From Phoronis australis (lineage: Eukaryota; Animalia; Phoronida), in assembly GCA_002633005.1 (NCBI GenBank), contig NMRA01000014.1, positions 545,229 to 609,228 on the forward strand: a DNA stretch of 64,000 nt, written 5' to 3'. The number at the start of each line of letters is the position of its first letter. Within the stretch, counting starts at the first letter, position 1. The notes under the pieces are model-generated. The model searched no databases. It had not been told where the DNA came from and saw only the letters and a list, made by a program, of their open reading frames with translations. The translations under genes were made by a program, and so were the position numbers. Of this stretch, positions 1 through 13,364 are shown piece after piece.

Positions 1-173
1 AAGTCAAGATATTCAAATTTTCTGAGTGTGAAAGTAAGAAATTATCAAATTTTAATTGGAATAACCGTTTTCTTATAAACAAATTGGATCATGCATATAG
101 GAGCAAACCATATATGCATGAGTTAAATCAAGTTTGTTTTTACATAAACACATTTCTTACATTATTCATTCAG

Positions 174-539
174 GAAACCGTCGGCATAGCCAAAAGAGAA
201 CGCCGTGCTCTAAAGAAGTACTTGAAAAAGTTGCAATCCACGTACTACCGCAAACGTGAAACGAATACTTCACAACTTAGCGCCACTCATTTGTCAACTG
301 TACCTCCACAAGGCAGCTCTTTAATGACCTCGATGACCATGCCATCGTCGGTTTCGTCTTCGTCGACTGACAGAATATTTTCTGTGCCCAAGCAATTGTC
401 TGACCAGTTCGATAGGACACCAAAATGTGGATCTCAACCAAATGCGTTTCTTCCTCGGGCTTACGACCCGCATATTGATGCCACTCATTCGTTGCATACG
501 GTGAACGAATACGTTTTGAAATACAAGAATGCTTTTTAA
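174..539 (+). CDS. Probable terminal coding exon of an upstream host gene (basic then Ser/Thr-rich C-terminal tail; product unknown)
   Basis: Pyrimidine-rich acceptor catttcttacattattcattCAG (171-173) lies in frame (phase 0) with the open frame ETVGIAKRERRALKKYLKK...KYKNAF*. AATAAA follows at 573-578. The region is more GC-rich than its flanks. Confidence 0.55.
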   Translation, partial: ETVGIAKRERRALKKYLKKLQSTYYRKRETNTSQLSATHLSTVPPQGSSLMTSMTMPSSVSSSSTDRIFSVPKQLSDQFDRTPKCGSQPNAFLPRAYDPHIDATHSLHTVNEYVLKYKNAF

Positions 540-1149
540 TTGCAAATAATCTACCCGTTATGCAATGGAAATAATAAAGAGAATCGCAAATCCATAGTTA
601 TTATATTCCGATTGTAAACTCGTCTTTATAATAACTGTAATTAAAGTCAATTTAGGAAACGATGACTGTTCACCGAGAAGTTATTCATGACAACTCTCAG
701 AGTCTATCCTAAGGTCAGACCGGACCCTGAAAACGATGCACCGATGTGCGCTATTGCAATCCAGGCGAGAAGTGCATCTAACACGTGAACATCATTTGGG
801 AATCTTTATTAAACTGATATACAGGGAACTCCGGTCGCGGAAATTACAAAATTGTACACGGCGAAGAAGTAGCCGACCACATGCCATTTCCAAGGCAAGC
901 AGTGCGTCGTAACTTTCAGAAATTTAGATTTCAACATCGCATACCTGACAAAGGCGCAGTACAGATTTTTTTACGAGTTAACATTGCCAGCCTCCCTCAA
1001 CAAGTGAAGTTCTGGCCAGTAACATGTACAAAGCACAGTGATATACGGATACGAATGTATCCCGGAGCATGTTAGTCTTGGGGTCAACGTTACTCTGCAT
1101 TAACCCGTTTCGCCTAACTCGTATTCAGAGATTGTGTTGAACTCATTTA

Positions 1150-1503
1150 GACCTAGCCTTAGTGTAAAGCTGTATGCATATACTTGCACATACTTGTACT
1201 TCATGTACAGCTTTACGCCAACGTGGGTAAAAAATTTAAAAATCAGACACACAATTAGTGCCTTTAAAATTATTTACCGGTGTTGAAAAATGGCACTCTA
1301 TTGTCATTCTGCTGCTAAAGTTGAGGTACGATTTTTTGTGTACGACGCCAATTTTTCCAACACCAGTAAATAATGTAGTTTACTCAATGAAGTGCGTAGT
1401 TTTTAATGAAACTAATTTTGTGTCAGATTTTATCTGGTTAGTTTTTTACTGACATTGGAGCAAAGCTCTCCATTTAGTATACAGCTTTGGACCAAGTCTA
1501 GAA
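1150..1503. repeat. Small interspersed repeat/MITE-like element; partial second copy at ~11409-11600
   Basis: Shared blocks (acagctt.cgccaa.gtgggtaaaaa; tttaccggtgttgaaaaatggc) occur at ~1208-1330 and ~11444-11600. The right end atacagctttggaccaagtctagaa is close to the reverse complement of ttctagacttggtgcaaagctgcat, which starts the second copy. Confidence 0.5.
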
Positions 1504-3557
1504 ATTAGATGGCTGGCGGGCTACCTTAGACCCCACAATTTCCCGCAGACTGGTAGTTGTGCTTGTCACCTCAGCGTGAATCTTACATCAACGTGAAGAG
1601 CTAACGACCGGCAGGGAAGCATGCAAAATGTGGGAGTTAAGTGACACTCATCTTGCCCGTTGGAGCCCTGAAAGTGTAAAACGATCTAATAAATGTCATT
1701 TTCTTGCATACATGCAGTTTTTCGCTTTTTGTATTAAAGGAATGTCTGTAGTTGTTTTGAAAACAATACGCTCTTAACACTCACACGCGCCATTTCCTAT
1801 TTTTGCGACATATCTCGCAGCAGTAAAGTTTCTTCTGAAAATCGGTTTGCTGGTATTTAAATACTAAAATCCTATAACGGAGTGCAACCAGTTCCGATAG
1901 TTTGTTACGATATCTACTGTACGGAACATCGTGGATGAAGAACAGTTCATTAAAAAATCGGCGAAAATAGAAACTTGCCTATATAGACCGGCAGCCCAAA
2001 GCACTTAGCATAGATGGACGAGGTACCAACATCTAACCTTAGGAGCACTCAGAGTCCAACTCAGTATATAAATAATTGGACGTCTGCCGTTGTTTGCACT
2101 CTGGGGTCGACCCCTGGGGACCTTACATAGGAGCCAATATGGGATAGATTATATATTTAAGGTATCGGTCAAAACTGATCTAAAACGGACAATGATCCCG
2201 CACTGAACCTGAGCACCTAATGACCCATGACAGTCAAATTGCACTCTGGAATGGGTCCTGCAGAAACCAAAAAATACACCCCCCCAAAATGAGCTAGCTC
2301 ATACAATTGAGACACCACAAAACACCAATTCCGTATGATTCAATACAAGTCATTGATCACTGAATGCCCTATGATAGACGAAACACACATGGGGTTGTGC
2401 CCGCACAGTTTGCCATTGAAAATTTAAGCTGGATCAGATATTCGATGTACCAGCTATAAATGATTGAAAACGAACAATAGTACCGCAACGAACACCGAAT
2501 AACCCATGACAAACTGCACTCTGGAAAGCGTCCGCCAGACACCCAAAACACCCTTAAAAATGAGTTAGCTCAAACATTCAAGGTACCACAAAACCAATTC
2601 CATGTGAATAAATACATGTCAGTGGTCACAAAATGTCCTATGGAAGACAAAATACACTTTGGGTTGTGCCCACCAGAAATCCTCAAGAATCTCGACCGAG
2701 GTATGTCATCGCAAGTTTAAGCTACATTAGGTATTCGAGGTACCGGCTGACTTAAAACCAGCAATCGTGCCGCAGTGAACATCGGATGACCGATGGCAGA
2801 CAAACTGTCTTCTGGAAAGGATCGTCAGAAACTCAAAACGACGCCCAAAATGGAGCTGGCTCACATACATGTTTTTGAGGTATCACAATAAAAAATACCA
2901 TGCGACTGAAATCAAAGTTACTGGTTACTCAATGGCCTGTGACAGACAAAACACTCATTCTGGGTAGTACGTGTCAGCCCCAGACATTTCAACCACGTAA
3001 TTGTATTGAAAATATTATTTATTTATTCATGTAATATTTACGACGAGGGTAGCCCCATCAGTTCACACTGTTTTTCATTGGGACCCTCTGATATATTAAA
3101 CAGATAATGAAGATCTCAGTTAAATGTTGGTAGAGTATTGCAGAATCAAGAATTTCGATAAGGACGGTGTTGTGATAACGTGCTTAGTTTGCAGTTCATG
3201 GGGAATTCTTGAATTTCCATAATACTTTTGCGTCTACTGAAATCTATCCTTGCTTAAAATAGGGCTACACTGAGTGACAAATGGACAATGGTGGAAAGTA
3301 AGCATTTTGGAAAATAACTAGGTACTGTACAAAATTATGTTAATTCCCCATGCTTCGAGCGGTGCGCTCTTTTATCTACTAGGGGGAAGAGCGCACTCAC
3401 TCGAAACGTGGGCAATATTTCAATATATTTTAGTACCGACACCCGAAGTTTTATTTTTACTATTTTCACTATTTTATATTTTAATCCGTCGGTAATCCCT
3501 CGGCATGCCAGCATCTATTTTATTTATCTGGAAAATACCTGATGACACTAAAACTTT

Positions 3558-4382
3558 GGGACTGTTCTAAAACTCCCTCGACCCCCACACTCCACACCCC
3601 CATCGTTCCTCGACCCACGACCCCCTTGACTCACGACCCACGACCCACAACCCCTCTCTACCCAGTCTACACGAGCACGACTATATCTGAACATAGAACA
3701 AACGTTGACTTGCAGGACCAATGAGTTTGGCCGTGAGCTCGGCTGTCTCTTCCCTGTTTTTTGCAATAAGGAGAGTCCATTCGGCAAGTTTGAAAGCCAA
3801 AAACAGAAAAAGACAACGCGACCAAATCAAATCAAAACCCTATCAAGTCACAAAGTCGGAGAATGCCAGGAACCGACAAAACTCTAATTTCATCAGTTAA
3901 TACAGTTTGAAAAAAAACAAACAAACTGTTACCTAAAAAGTACCCAACTATATATGGGGAATATGGTAAACGAGTATTAAAACAGAAAGGAAATAATAAA
4001 AATGTGAAATTATGTACCTTCACGTTAACGGACTCTCTCCCCAAGTTTAGTAGAACTGGGCCATTGGTAGCCGCTCTAGGAACTAGTTCCGTCACAACGA
4101 TAGTACACTCACAATGCAGTTTCAGATCGCGTTTTTACGCCACTTTCTATTTTTAATCACCAGACTTGAGCCAGAGGAAACTGGCGTGTATAATGTCTTA
4201 TGAGAACGTCACTCAGAGACGTAATGCAATTGCGATTTAAGTAAAAAGCGCGAAATAGACCTATTGCCACAGGTCGTGGTTCGAGGGATCGTGGGTCGTG
4301 GGGGTTGTGGGTCGAGGGGGTTGTGCGTCAAGAGGGTCGTTGGTCGAGGAGTATGGGGGTCGAAGGGGTTTCAGAACAACCC
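3558..4382. mobile_element. MITE with ~100-bp TIRs built of CGACCC sub-repeats (nested in the foldback element)
   Basis: gggactgttctaaaactccctcgaccccca (3558) matches the reverse complement of tgggggtcgaaggggtttcagaacaaccc (ends 4382). No clear TSD. Confidence 0.65.
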
Positions 4383-4667
4383 AAACATTGGGATACCAAG
4401 AATTGTCAAAAAACATCAAAACTATCAGAAAGAAAGATACTTCACCGATAACACAAGGCCCCTAAATTTGCGTTAGATCAAGGAACCATGAACATGATTT
4501 ACAAAAGAGTCCTTTCATTACATAGACTGCTAAGCATTGCTTTCAAAGAAAAGCAACAGATGTCTTTTTTAAAAATCTTCTTCTATAAAACTAAACTAGA
4601 AATAGTCATCACAACACTTCCAAACAGTCACCCAAAAGTTGCAATAACATCCGTGTCGCAGGCCCTG

Positions 4668-5068
4668 GGCCCGGTCTCTAATCTTTGTACTCGAAACGAA
4701 CTCGAAACTATTTTTGGCAATTTCTCTGCTCCTTTTGTGCGAACTTAAGATAATTGGTTATCAAACTGTGCTCGAATACATTATAGTTTATGCATAGGAG
4801 TTTCTACTTCAAGTTTGCCCTTGAAGACCCTTATATTCGTGCTACAAACTCGAGTAAAAACTCGAAATTTCGAGTTCAAACTCGAACTTATTGTTTTAAT
4901 GTCGGGTTTACAAACTGTGAACTAAGGGCAATAAATTATCTATGTAAGTTATTGTGTACTCGAGCATAGAATAATAGACACTTATCTTGAGTTCGCCCAA
5001 AAGTAGAGTAGAAAATGCCAAACCTAATTTCGAGTTCCATTTCGAGTAAAACGATTGGAGACCGGGCC
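4668..5068. mobile_element. PIF/Harbinger-like (PHIS superfamily) MITE with CTG TSD
   Basis: Ends are CTG|GGCCCGGTCTCTAATC and GATTGGAGACCGGGCC|CTG, with extended ~100-bp inverted arms rich in ACTCGAA. A truncated sibling lies at ~5260-5448. Confidence 0.8.
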
Positions 5069-7172
5069 CTGATCAATGCATTGCCATTTGAGTTGGCTAA
5101 GTGGAAGGTAAAAAGCGAGTCGACCTCTTTGAAAATCCGGTGGATTATCAGCTGGCATAGTACCAGTGTGAGAAACGCAAATACAGCCATGTTAGACAGC
5201 ACCGGAAGATTTCATGAAGGTGGTTTAACAAACCAGGTTTAATACTTAAATCTGCTCTTCCTAAACTCGAACTTTTAGCCTTAATGTTGGGTTTATCAAC
5301 TGCAAATCAGGACTAATAAATTATCCACGTAAGTTATCATGTACTCGAACATAGAATGATAGGCACTTGAGTTCGCACAAAAGTAGAGTAGAAAATGCCA
5401 CACATAATTTCGAGTTCTATTCCGAGTAAAAAGATTAGAGACCGGGTCCTGGTTTAATTTTAGACCTAGCTTGCATTTCACTTACGTAGTTTAAAAGTCT
5501 GAAAGCCAGATTTTGTTATACCACAAAGCGGGTTAATTAAAACCAGGTTTAAAATATCCAAGCAGTCCGGATTAACCCAAGCAAGGAAACCATTGAAGTG
5601 CTTCAATGAACCCTTGATCACGTGGGTATACAATGGCACATAATAGTACAATTAGTGCAGAAATTTGAGAATATGGTCTAAAAGCTTTTCTCATGAGGAA
5701 TATGTTCCCACCCAGAACTGATCTTTGAAAACGCCAATGTTATAGGGGACAAGAAAACTGGTGTTAATCAAGTCAACCTAAGCAGCTTACTTGGAGTGAT
5801 ACTGATCCAGACTGGCTGCACAGTTACCGCAATCGGAGAAATACAGCTAAAATGATGGACAAAAATAAAATTTCACCTGTGAAAAAATGCAAAAAACGAT
5901 GAGGGACCCAATGGCAGATACAGGATATCATGACGGTAGATTTTTTTCATATTGCCATGTCTTTATCCAACACACATCAATGTACATGTACATGTACATG
6001 CTCACGATTAGCCGCAACATGACAGAGAACCAAACTGATTCCCTTGTCATTTTAGTGTTTAATTTTTTGCGGCTAAGAGGGGGGGGCAACAGGGACCAAT
6101 GGGGGTGGAACGCAACCAGAAAAATCAGAGCATGCCATCTTCAGTCAAACCCGTAGCGGTTACGACGATGACGCCCTGCTCTATCAGTCGTATTCCGAGG
6201 AATATAAAGGACATCCTGAAACACGTACTGGTCTAAGCATATGCGTATGCATTTGGTGTTCAGTGAGGTACTATTGTTCAGTTTAAATCAGTATTAGCTG
6301 GTACGTCGAATGTCTTATCTCGCTCAATGGCATACCGTGTCGGGTATTTTTGGGACTTTCTGGGGAGGGGTACAACTCAGAGTGTCTTTTTGGTTCCTTC
6401 CGGACCCATTTCAGAGTGCAATTTGTCTGTCATAAGTCATTCGGTGTTCAGTGCGGTACTATTGTCCATTTTGAATCAGTTTGGCCATATCTTGTACAGG
6501 TATATCTAACCTAGCTAATTTTTTAGCCCCTTGTAAGGTCCTCAGGGGTCAAACCCAAAGTGCAGACAACGGCAGACGTCCCTTTTTATTATATAGTGAA
6601 GTGGACTCTAAGTGCTCTTACGGTTAGATGTTGGTACCTCATTCATCTACGCTAACTACTCTGGGCTGCCGGTCTAACGTGTGGCGTTATATTTCATGGC
6701 CCTGAAAGCCGATGCATTAGATCGCTTTACAACTTTAGCAGCATAATAACTAGAACGCCAATCTTTCTTTAACCGGCAAAGATTTAAGTTTAATCAAGAA
6801 AGAGTGCAGTTTTGAATTACATTAATTTCGTGCCACATCTTATTGGGCCAGCTGTACACAGTTTTGCAACAAGGCTAACTTTAAGAGTGCTACAACACGT
6901 TTACACTTGTGTCTAGTTTATTTTGGAAACTTAATAAATTTGCCTATTCCAGGAAAGCTAAAATAGCCGCATCTTTTCTTATGTAGGCAGTGTTTTCATC
7001 AATAGGAATGCACAATCACGTCACATTTTCTAAAATTCAGCAGGTTTTGGATTTTTTCCGACACATGAAGACGACCAAGGGGAGAAATCTAGCTTTTGAA
7101 ATTTTTGCAAACGTCCGTGGTTGTACTACATGTACAACCGTTGCACCAATTGTATGCTCCAGGGGAGTTCAG

Positions 7173-7793
7173 TGTCCGGTTGCATGAAACAGTCCCAATT
7201 AGGGGCTCAATTAAGTTTCCTAAATCTACTGCGATGTTAGACTTGTGAAAACATCGATTGCCCTTTTTATATTTATTTAGTTCCATTACTAAGTCAACTT
7301 TTGACTTTGATACAAATCGAGAAGAACTCTACGAGCCGGTTATCCAGAAAATTTAAACATTTCTCTTTGGTCCAAAGTCACTATTTTATTGGCACATTTG
7401 ATAAAGAATGAACCAAGGGCATCTAGCAAGGTGTATTTTAATAACTTCAGGAAAACATGACCAAATGCACAAATGTATGAAACATAAACGAATATCTGTG
7501 CAAACTTTAAAATTGCCTACTCTGGCCGAAAATTAAGCACACTAACGTTAAATTGTCAAAATCATCGAAAATGTTAGGGATCTTTTCATGCAACACCCCC
7601 AATTAAAGGACTGAGTCCCTGCTTATTTTCAGTGAACTCTGGGCTCAGTTATTATTTATATTATAAGAAAATCTCATTACACAAAGTGGAACTAATAATG
7701 AAAATGAAATGCACATGTGAGTCCATAAAGACACAACTACGCAAAAAGACCCTAGCTGAGTCTCTATTTGGGACTGTTTCATGCAACCGGCCA
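7173..7793. mobile_element. PIF/Harbinger-like MITE with CAG TSD
   Basis: Ends are CAG|TGTCCGGTTGCATGAAACAGTCCCAA and TTGGGACTGTTTCATGCAACCGGCCA|CAG. Confidence 0.75.
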
Positions 7794-10700
7794 CAGAAGG
7801 CTTAGGGTTAACCAAGTCCATGGCCAGGTAAAAATTTTTGAAACCTACGTCATAATTTACAGAGCTACGCACATAAGGCCTACTTACTATTATTGTTTTT
7901 ATTTTGGGGACTTCACTCTTATTTACGGAATCCACAACGTTAAAATGAGGTCATTCAAAACAAGGAAATGATTGATTACTGAAAAATGTTTTTTCTAAGA
8001 ACAGCATACGGACAAAATTTTCTTCGTCTTAGATAATAACCGTCTACTAGTTTTTGGTAGCACTGACATTTGAGTGTTTTCCTTTCCTGAAGCTGTCTTA
8101 GATTACTCCGCCGCAATTCAGTATGAAATCTCGATACGACCATGACAATCGTTTTTGATGAGAGTCCACGGTTCATTGCATCTACGACTATGAGGAAACA
8201 CGACGCTACGACGAACAGCTTTGCGAATGGTAGCCAGCCAGTTAGCTCTATGAAGGCTATCGTCAAAATATAGCTAGAAACTCTCGTGTTCCAAAAACCT
8301 ATATACATTGTACATCGAAACTGCCAGAGTAGTTCTGTTCGTCGCTTCGTCGTGAAGCTTACGATCTGCTGGGGTGCATAAAATCTGAGAGTCAACCTAC
8401 ACTCATTTTGCCCATTACAGCCGTTTAAGTAGAAAGCAATCTAAAAAATACCATTTTCCTGCATAATTCTCCCCCTTTTGTAAAAAGAAAAGTATGTTAT
8501 GGTTTTAAAAAGATCATACTCGTGACAACCGCAGGACATTTCCTAAATTTTGAGGTGATTACAGCTTCTTAGTAGCAAAGTCTTGTTCTGAGTTTTACTT
8601 TGCTGATATTAATATAGGAAAAGCTTATAAAGAAATGAAACCTGTTCCGATAATTTGCTGGGACAGGTACGCAACCTCGTAAAAGAAGAGCAGTTGATTA
8701 CATAAAAGATCGCTCCACAACTTCAGCAGCAGAATAAAGGTAGAACGCCATTCTTTTGTAAAAGCAGTAAATACTTTTGTCAAGCGTATTTTATTTGGTA
8801 ATTTTTCCCAAATTCGCGCAAAGCGGTTACCGTATATTTAGTATACTTAGTATATTTAATATGCGGCTTTGCACAAAGGCTATGCGAATGGATGACCACT
8901 CTTGTTGGGAGGTCAGATTAGGTCATCCCCATAGGCTGGAATTGAAAAAATGTCCCTGTTTCACCTTTATCCGGAGTCACAATGCAAACCAGGGTATGCG
9001 CACTGGGACCCACCTCGTGCACATTTTTTGCAGGCCAATGGGGATTTCTACCTCTTTGTCAATGCGAAAGGACAAATTTAATGCGCAGTTCCCCCTGCTC
9101 AACGGGTGCAAGAAAGTAAACGGTGCCGTAGGCTTACGTAATAAGCCAAATTTAGTTGGTTTAACACACAATGACATTCTCTTGGAGAACGATTTAACAT
9201 GAACAAGGGAACCGGTACATGTATACACCACTGAAATAAACCATGATGCACATACCTGTTCCAAAAAGACACGTACAGTATAATTGCATTTTAATTGACA
9301 CGGAATTTAAAGATTCTAGGAAAACATATTCACGTATCGCTACATGCATTACACACAGAGAAGATTATGCAGGTATTACATACACAGGGAAGAGTTAGAA
9401 CAACTTCCCACCAATGCAACATCACGAGGACTAAAAAGTAGCAAAGCAGTGTAAATTCAAAATGAGCTCGGCTTGACTCTGTGAATACAACGCAGGGCAT
9501 AGGACGGAGAATAAGGCATTTGTTGCTATAGTTACTGAACGTCAGCGGAATACAGAATTTCTTGAATGTGTGATTAGCTGCAATAAGAACGACTGCAAGA
9601 ATACAAACCCACCCAGAACTCGTGTTTTGTAAATCAAGCACGTGATTTGAACTTTATAATCCACGTGAACTCATTAACGCGCCGTTGCTGAGAAAGATAC
9701 TTAAGTTGACAGGACAAACGCTTGATAAGTAAGTACACTATTGTCTAGAGATGAATGAGACTGCAGCGCACTTTGTTCATACCATGACTATTCACTCAGC
9801 TCCAGTATGTAATGCATTTGAGCTTCCTCACAGAAATAGGTGAACCAAGCCTTAATTTAGTAGGTAAACCAACCCTTTAAAGTATCATCAGGATACCTAT
9901 CGTTGTCTGGCTCCAAAGGTCGTCTGCCATCTTCTTTCGCGTGCAGCGCAGCCACGCGGGACTTAGCGTTCCAATGCATTTACCGCCTGTTTTTTGAAAC
10001 CACTTAAACACTTGAAAATTTTACTTATGCACTTTTGTTCATGTTTTTTAAATTAAAATATCTTTCTACGGAACAAAAAATACCACCTGGGGATTCTTCA
10101 TGCAAAGTATCTATTTGTTCCAGGCATTTACCGAAATCTATAAGGCCAAATGAAAAACGCCCTCTGACGAATGTAACACGTTGGGTGCTTAACAGTGTCG
10201 GTCCACACATTGGCCATCTAAATATTATCCAAAGCACAGTGCAGAGCTCACTATTAATGTTGAAATGTTTTGTTCACGGATTTTGGACTTATTTGAAAAA
10301 AGTTAAAATATTTAAATTTATAGAGAATGGTCAACAATAAATAAAACAACAGCGACCAGTGAACTGAAGATTTTGATGTGATATTCATACTCTGAGGCGC
10401 CATGACATTTTTTCGTCCTTGCCACAAAGCCAAAGCCAGCATTCGGAAAAGTGTCTATTACAGATCGCTGTAAAGTAATAATGGTGGGCGAAAGCCAACA
10501 ACTGGTGTTAAAAACTCTGACCATTTAAACGATGAATGATACAAGTTCGGTATCATGAATATGCTGTTCGTAATAAATAAGGTTACTAAAGTACAACTTG
10601 GCAATCTGATCAACACAAGGTTTTTGTCGTATAGTTGAGAAGAACCAATGGCTGACTGTCCATTTCTTTTATATAAACTTGCCAGTTAACCCTCTCGTGA

Positions 10701-12650
10701 TTACTAGTCCACCATTTCGGCATGTGCGATCATGGTACTGAAAGTTGGCAGTATTCAATGTTTTAAACACTATTACACTCTCCAACTCTTGTCACGAGGA
10801 GGACCCCTATACAAAGTTGAATTTTAGACCGATCTGCAGTGCCACTTTACAATCCAGCCATTAGGGCTTGTAGGCGGGTGTTACGGTATTTTCTCAGTAC
10901 GGCCAGTGCTACTTTTGAACACTTCTAATGAACATAAAACGCGAATTGAACCTTCGTTACATAGGCATCATAAAGATAACCTCCTACGAATAAAACATCC
11001 TTTTGATACCAGAAATAAATTAGTATATTTAATAAAATATTGTTATTGTTTATTGAATACCACAGAAATTATTCAATTGTGACGTAAATTACACCGCCCA
11101 AAATTTTTAGACCCCTATAGCGCCTCTGAGGAATTCTCAGCCATTCAGCGTAAAATGGTACATGTGACATCATCGTGCCAAAAAATTTTCTCCCAAGCCT
11201 TATGCGTAACAGCCGAATGCAATTTCGTGGACGTAGGCTAGTTACCAGTCTCTGGGATAAAATGCTAGTAGGGTATGTGTGCAGCAATGTAATCGGCCTT
11301 GGCATACATTTGTGCCCATTCCCCGCCCATCCCGGCATGTGCCTCGCATAAAGTAGATCCGTATCCACGACAAGAACTGGCGACACATATCCTGATCAGC
11401 AAGGTCTGTTCTAGACTTGGTGCAAAGCTGCATACAAAACCTGACAGCTTTGCGCCAATGTGGGTAAAAATGACCAAATGTAATCTGCCACAAAAGTAGT
11501 GTCATTAAAAGCTACACTCTTAAAGCTAAATATTTTTACCGGTGTTGAAAAAATGGCGTTCTATCGTTCATCTACTGCTAAAATTGTAGTGCGCTCTTTT
11601 GGGTCGGCTTTCGGCGACTGCGTCACCTGACCTTGACGAGTTTGTTTTCTCCCGATTATTCTTCTATCAACTGTACTTTGCTGCCACAATGTTGCGTACA
11701 TGTCACAACAAATTATCGGAACTGGATTCAATACGTTTTACTTTTCATTATTTTAAAACCAATAAATCGAATTTTAGAACAAACTTCTCTGCTGCCAGGC
11801 TGTCATCATTTTTTAAGAGATGTCATTAATTAGAATTGGCGTATCACGAACATACTGTTTTCGAAACGACAACTTTTCTTTGTTACAAGTCTCAAAAAAC
11901 AAAGAATAATGCTAGAAAATGATGTAAATTCTTTTTCACTTAAACGGTTGCAACTAGCAACTTCAGTGTCAGAATTGATTCCCGATATTTCATGCACCCC
12001 GTCGGTTGTTGGCTCTACTGTTTAAGTTTCTCGGCGAGGTGACTAGCAGAACTCATACGCTGGCTGTAAGAAATCTCGTGGTCTAATCATAACCGAATTC
12101 AACAGACAATGGTGCCTATCTATATTTTGACAATAGTCTTCAAACAGCTAATTGACTGTGCTACAAGATCTGCAGTGCGCATTTCGACGTTTCATGTTAC
12201 AGTTCCGTCCGGTATCGGAAATCCGGCCCAAATCGGAAGATTCTGATTTGGGCCGTTCCCGTAACAGAATTCTGATGCAAGCGGCTTATATCAGAATACA
12301 TTTTTTGGTTAAATTTAACACGTTAATTACAAATGCTTGTAGTTCGGTATGTTTTCATGCAACCGATACTTTGTTCCATAGTTTTAGTACATTACAGATA
12401 ATCACAACGCTGTGTTGCTTTTAAATTTTCAATCTTTGAGTAAATTTAAACGAGTCTATATTAACAGCGGCGTAGACTACGGATTGCAGGATTTCAAGGC
12501 GAATTATTTTGAAATCCATTTTTCTAATAAAAATTTCGATGAATTTAAACATGATTGCTTCGTACGAAAAGATCGAACTAATACATGTTGTAACTGTCCA
12601 TGTGTTTTGTGCAAAATTAAACAGCCTATTGTTTTTGGCTAATTCACATG

Positions 12651-13300
12651 AATAATTACGTGCACATTATTTCTTTGGTTCACTATTATAGTCTTTTCGT
12701 GACTGGAGGCTTAGTTTCCAACTCAATGTGGTTTATGTTCGTGCCTGTCCCGGCGGCCGCGACGGCTCTGATCAGGTTCCGAGCCACTGGCCGGAATCAA
12801 AAGCGTTCTGTGTGTATAGAATTAAAAAAATAATATCACAGGTATAACAACACATATCTTGGTTCTCCTGTCTGTATTTCACGGAAGAATACTTCGAATT
12901 TATCTCCGAACAGACCCCAAACTCCTCAGTACTACGGACCTTGGTAAATTGGCCAGCCGATCTTTGAAGGCTACGGTGTGTCCAAATACCAGTAAATCCG
13001 TAACAGCGAAATAAAACAAAACGTTTTTATAAGAACTTGGTGTGTTTTTAAAGGTTTTACATCGAATTTTGACGATTTATTGGTGTTAAACGATGAATTC
13101 AAGCGATAAGATGACACCAGTAACCCGTGTTGTGAACTTCTGAACAGACTCCGTGTGAAACCAATTACGTCATTGGATAATTTCAACACCTCTGTTTGCC
13201 GTCAGGTGTTACGTTACGCAACCGAACATGCCGTTGTCGAATAGAACTACTCGATCTAAATTGATACAAAATAGATTGTTTTTTTGGGTTGCATTCTGCT
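12651..13300 (+). mobile_element. Right end of a Kolobok-like (TTAA-target) DNA transposon; direct copy at 29555-30240
   Basis: ~650 bp is collinear with 29555-30240. Both copies stop at the same point, ...GCATTCTGCT|TTAA (13300) and ...GTATTCTCCT|TTAA (30240). Confidence 0.65.
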
Positions 13301-13364
13301 TTAAGGAAAATGGCCGAGAACAAGTGCTGACAGTGTCTTAAAAATGTGCATAGCAACCTGCAAT

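Larger units (their letters stand above)
1986..6674. mobile_element. Non-autonomous foldback-type DNA transposon with long TIRs and tandem subterminal repeats, TA-flanked
   Basis: Ends are TA|GACCGGCAGCCC at 1984 and GGGCTGCCGGTC|TA at 6676. Inverted similarity runs ~1986-2280 vs ~6380-6674. A ~295-bp unit is repeated about 3 times in the left arm (2160-3000) and appears inverted at 6250-6510. Confidence 0.75.

Noticed and set aside
8777-9641. Overlapping 95-141 aa ORFs
   Set aside because: No recognisable domain or exon structure; consistent with chance ORFs or a highly decayed repeat.
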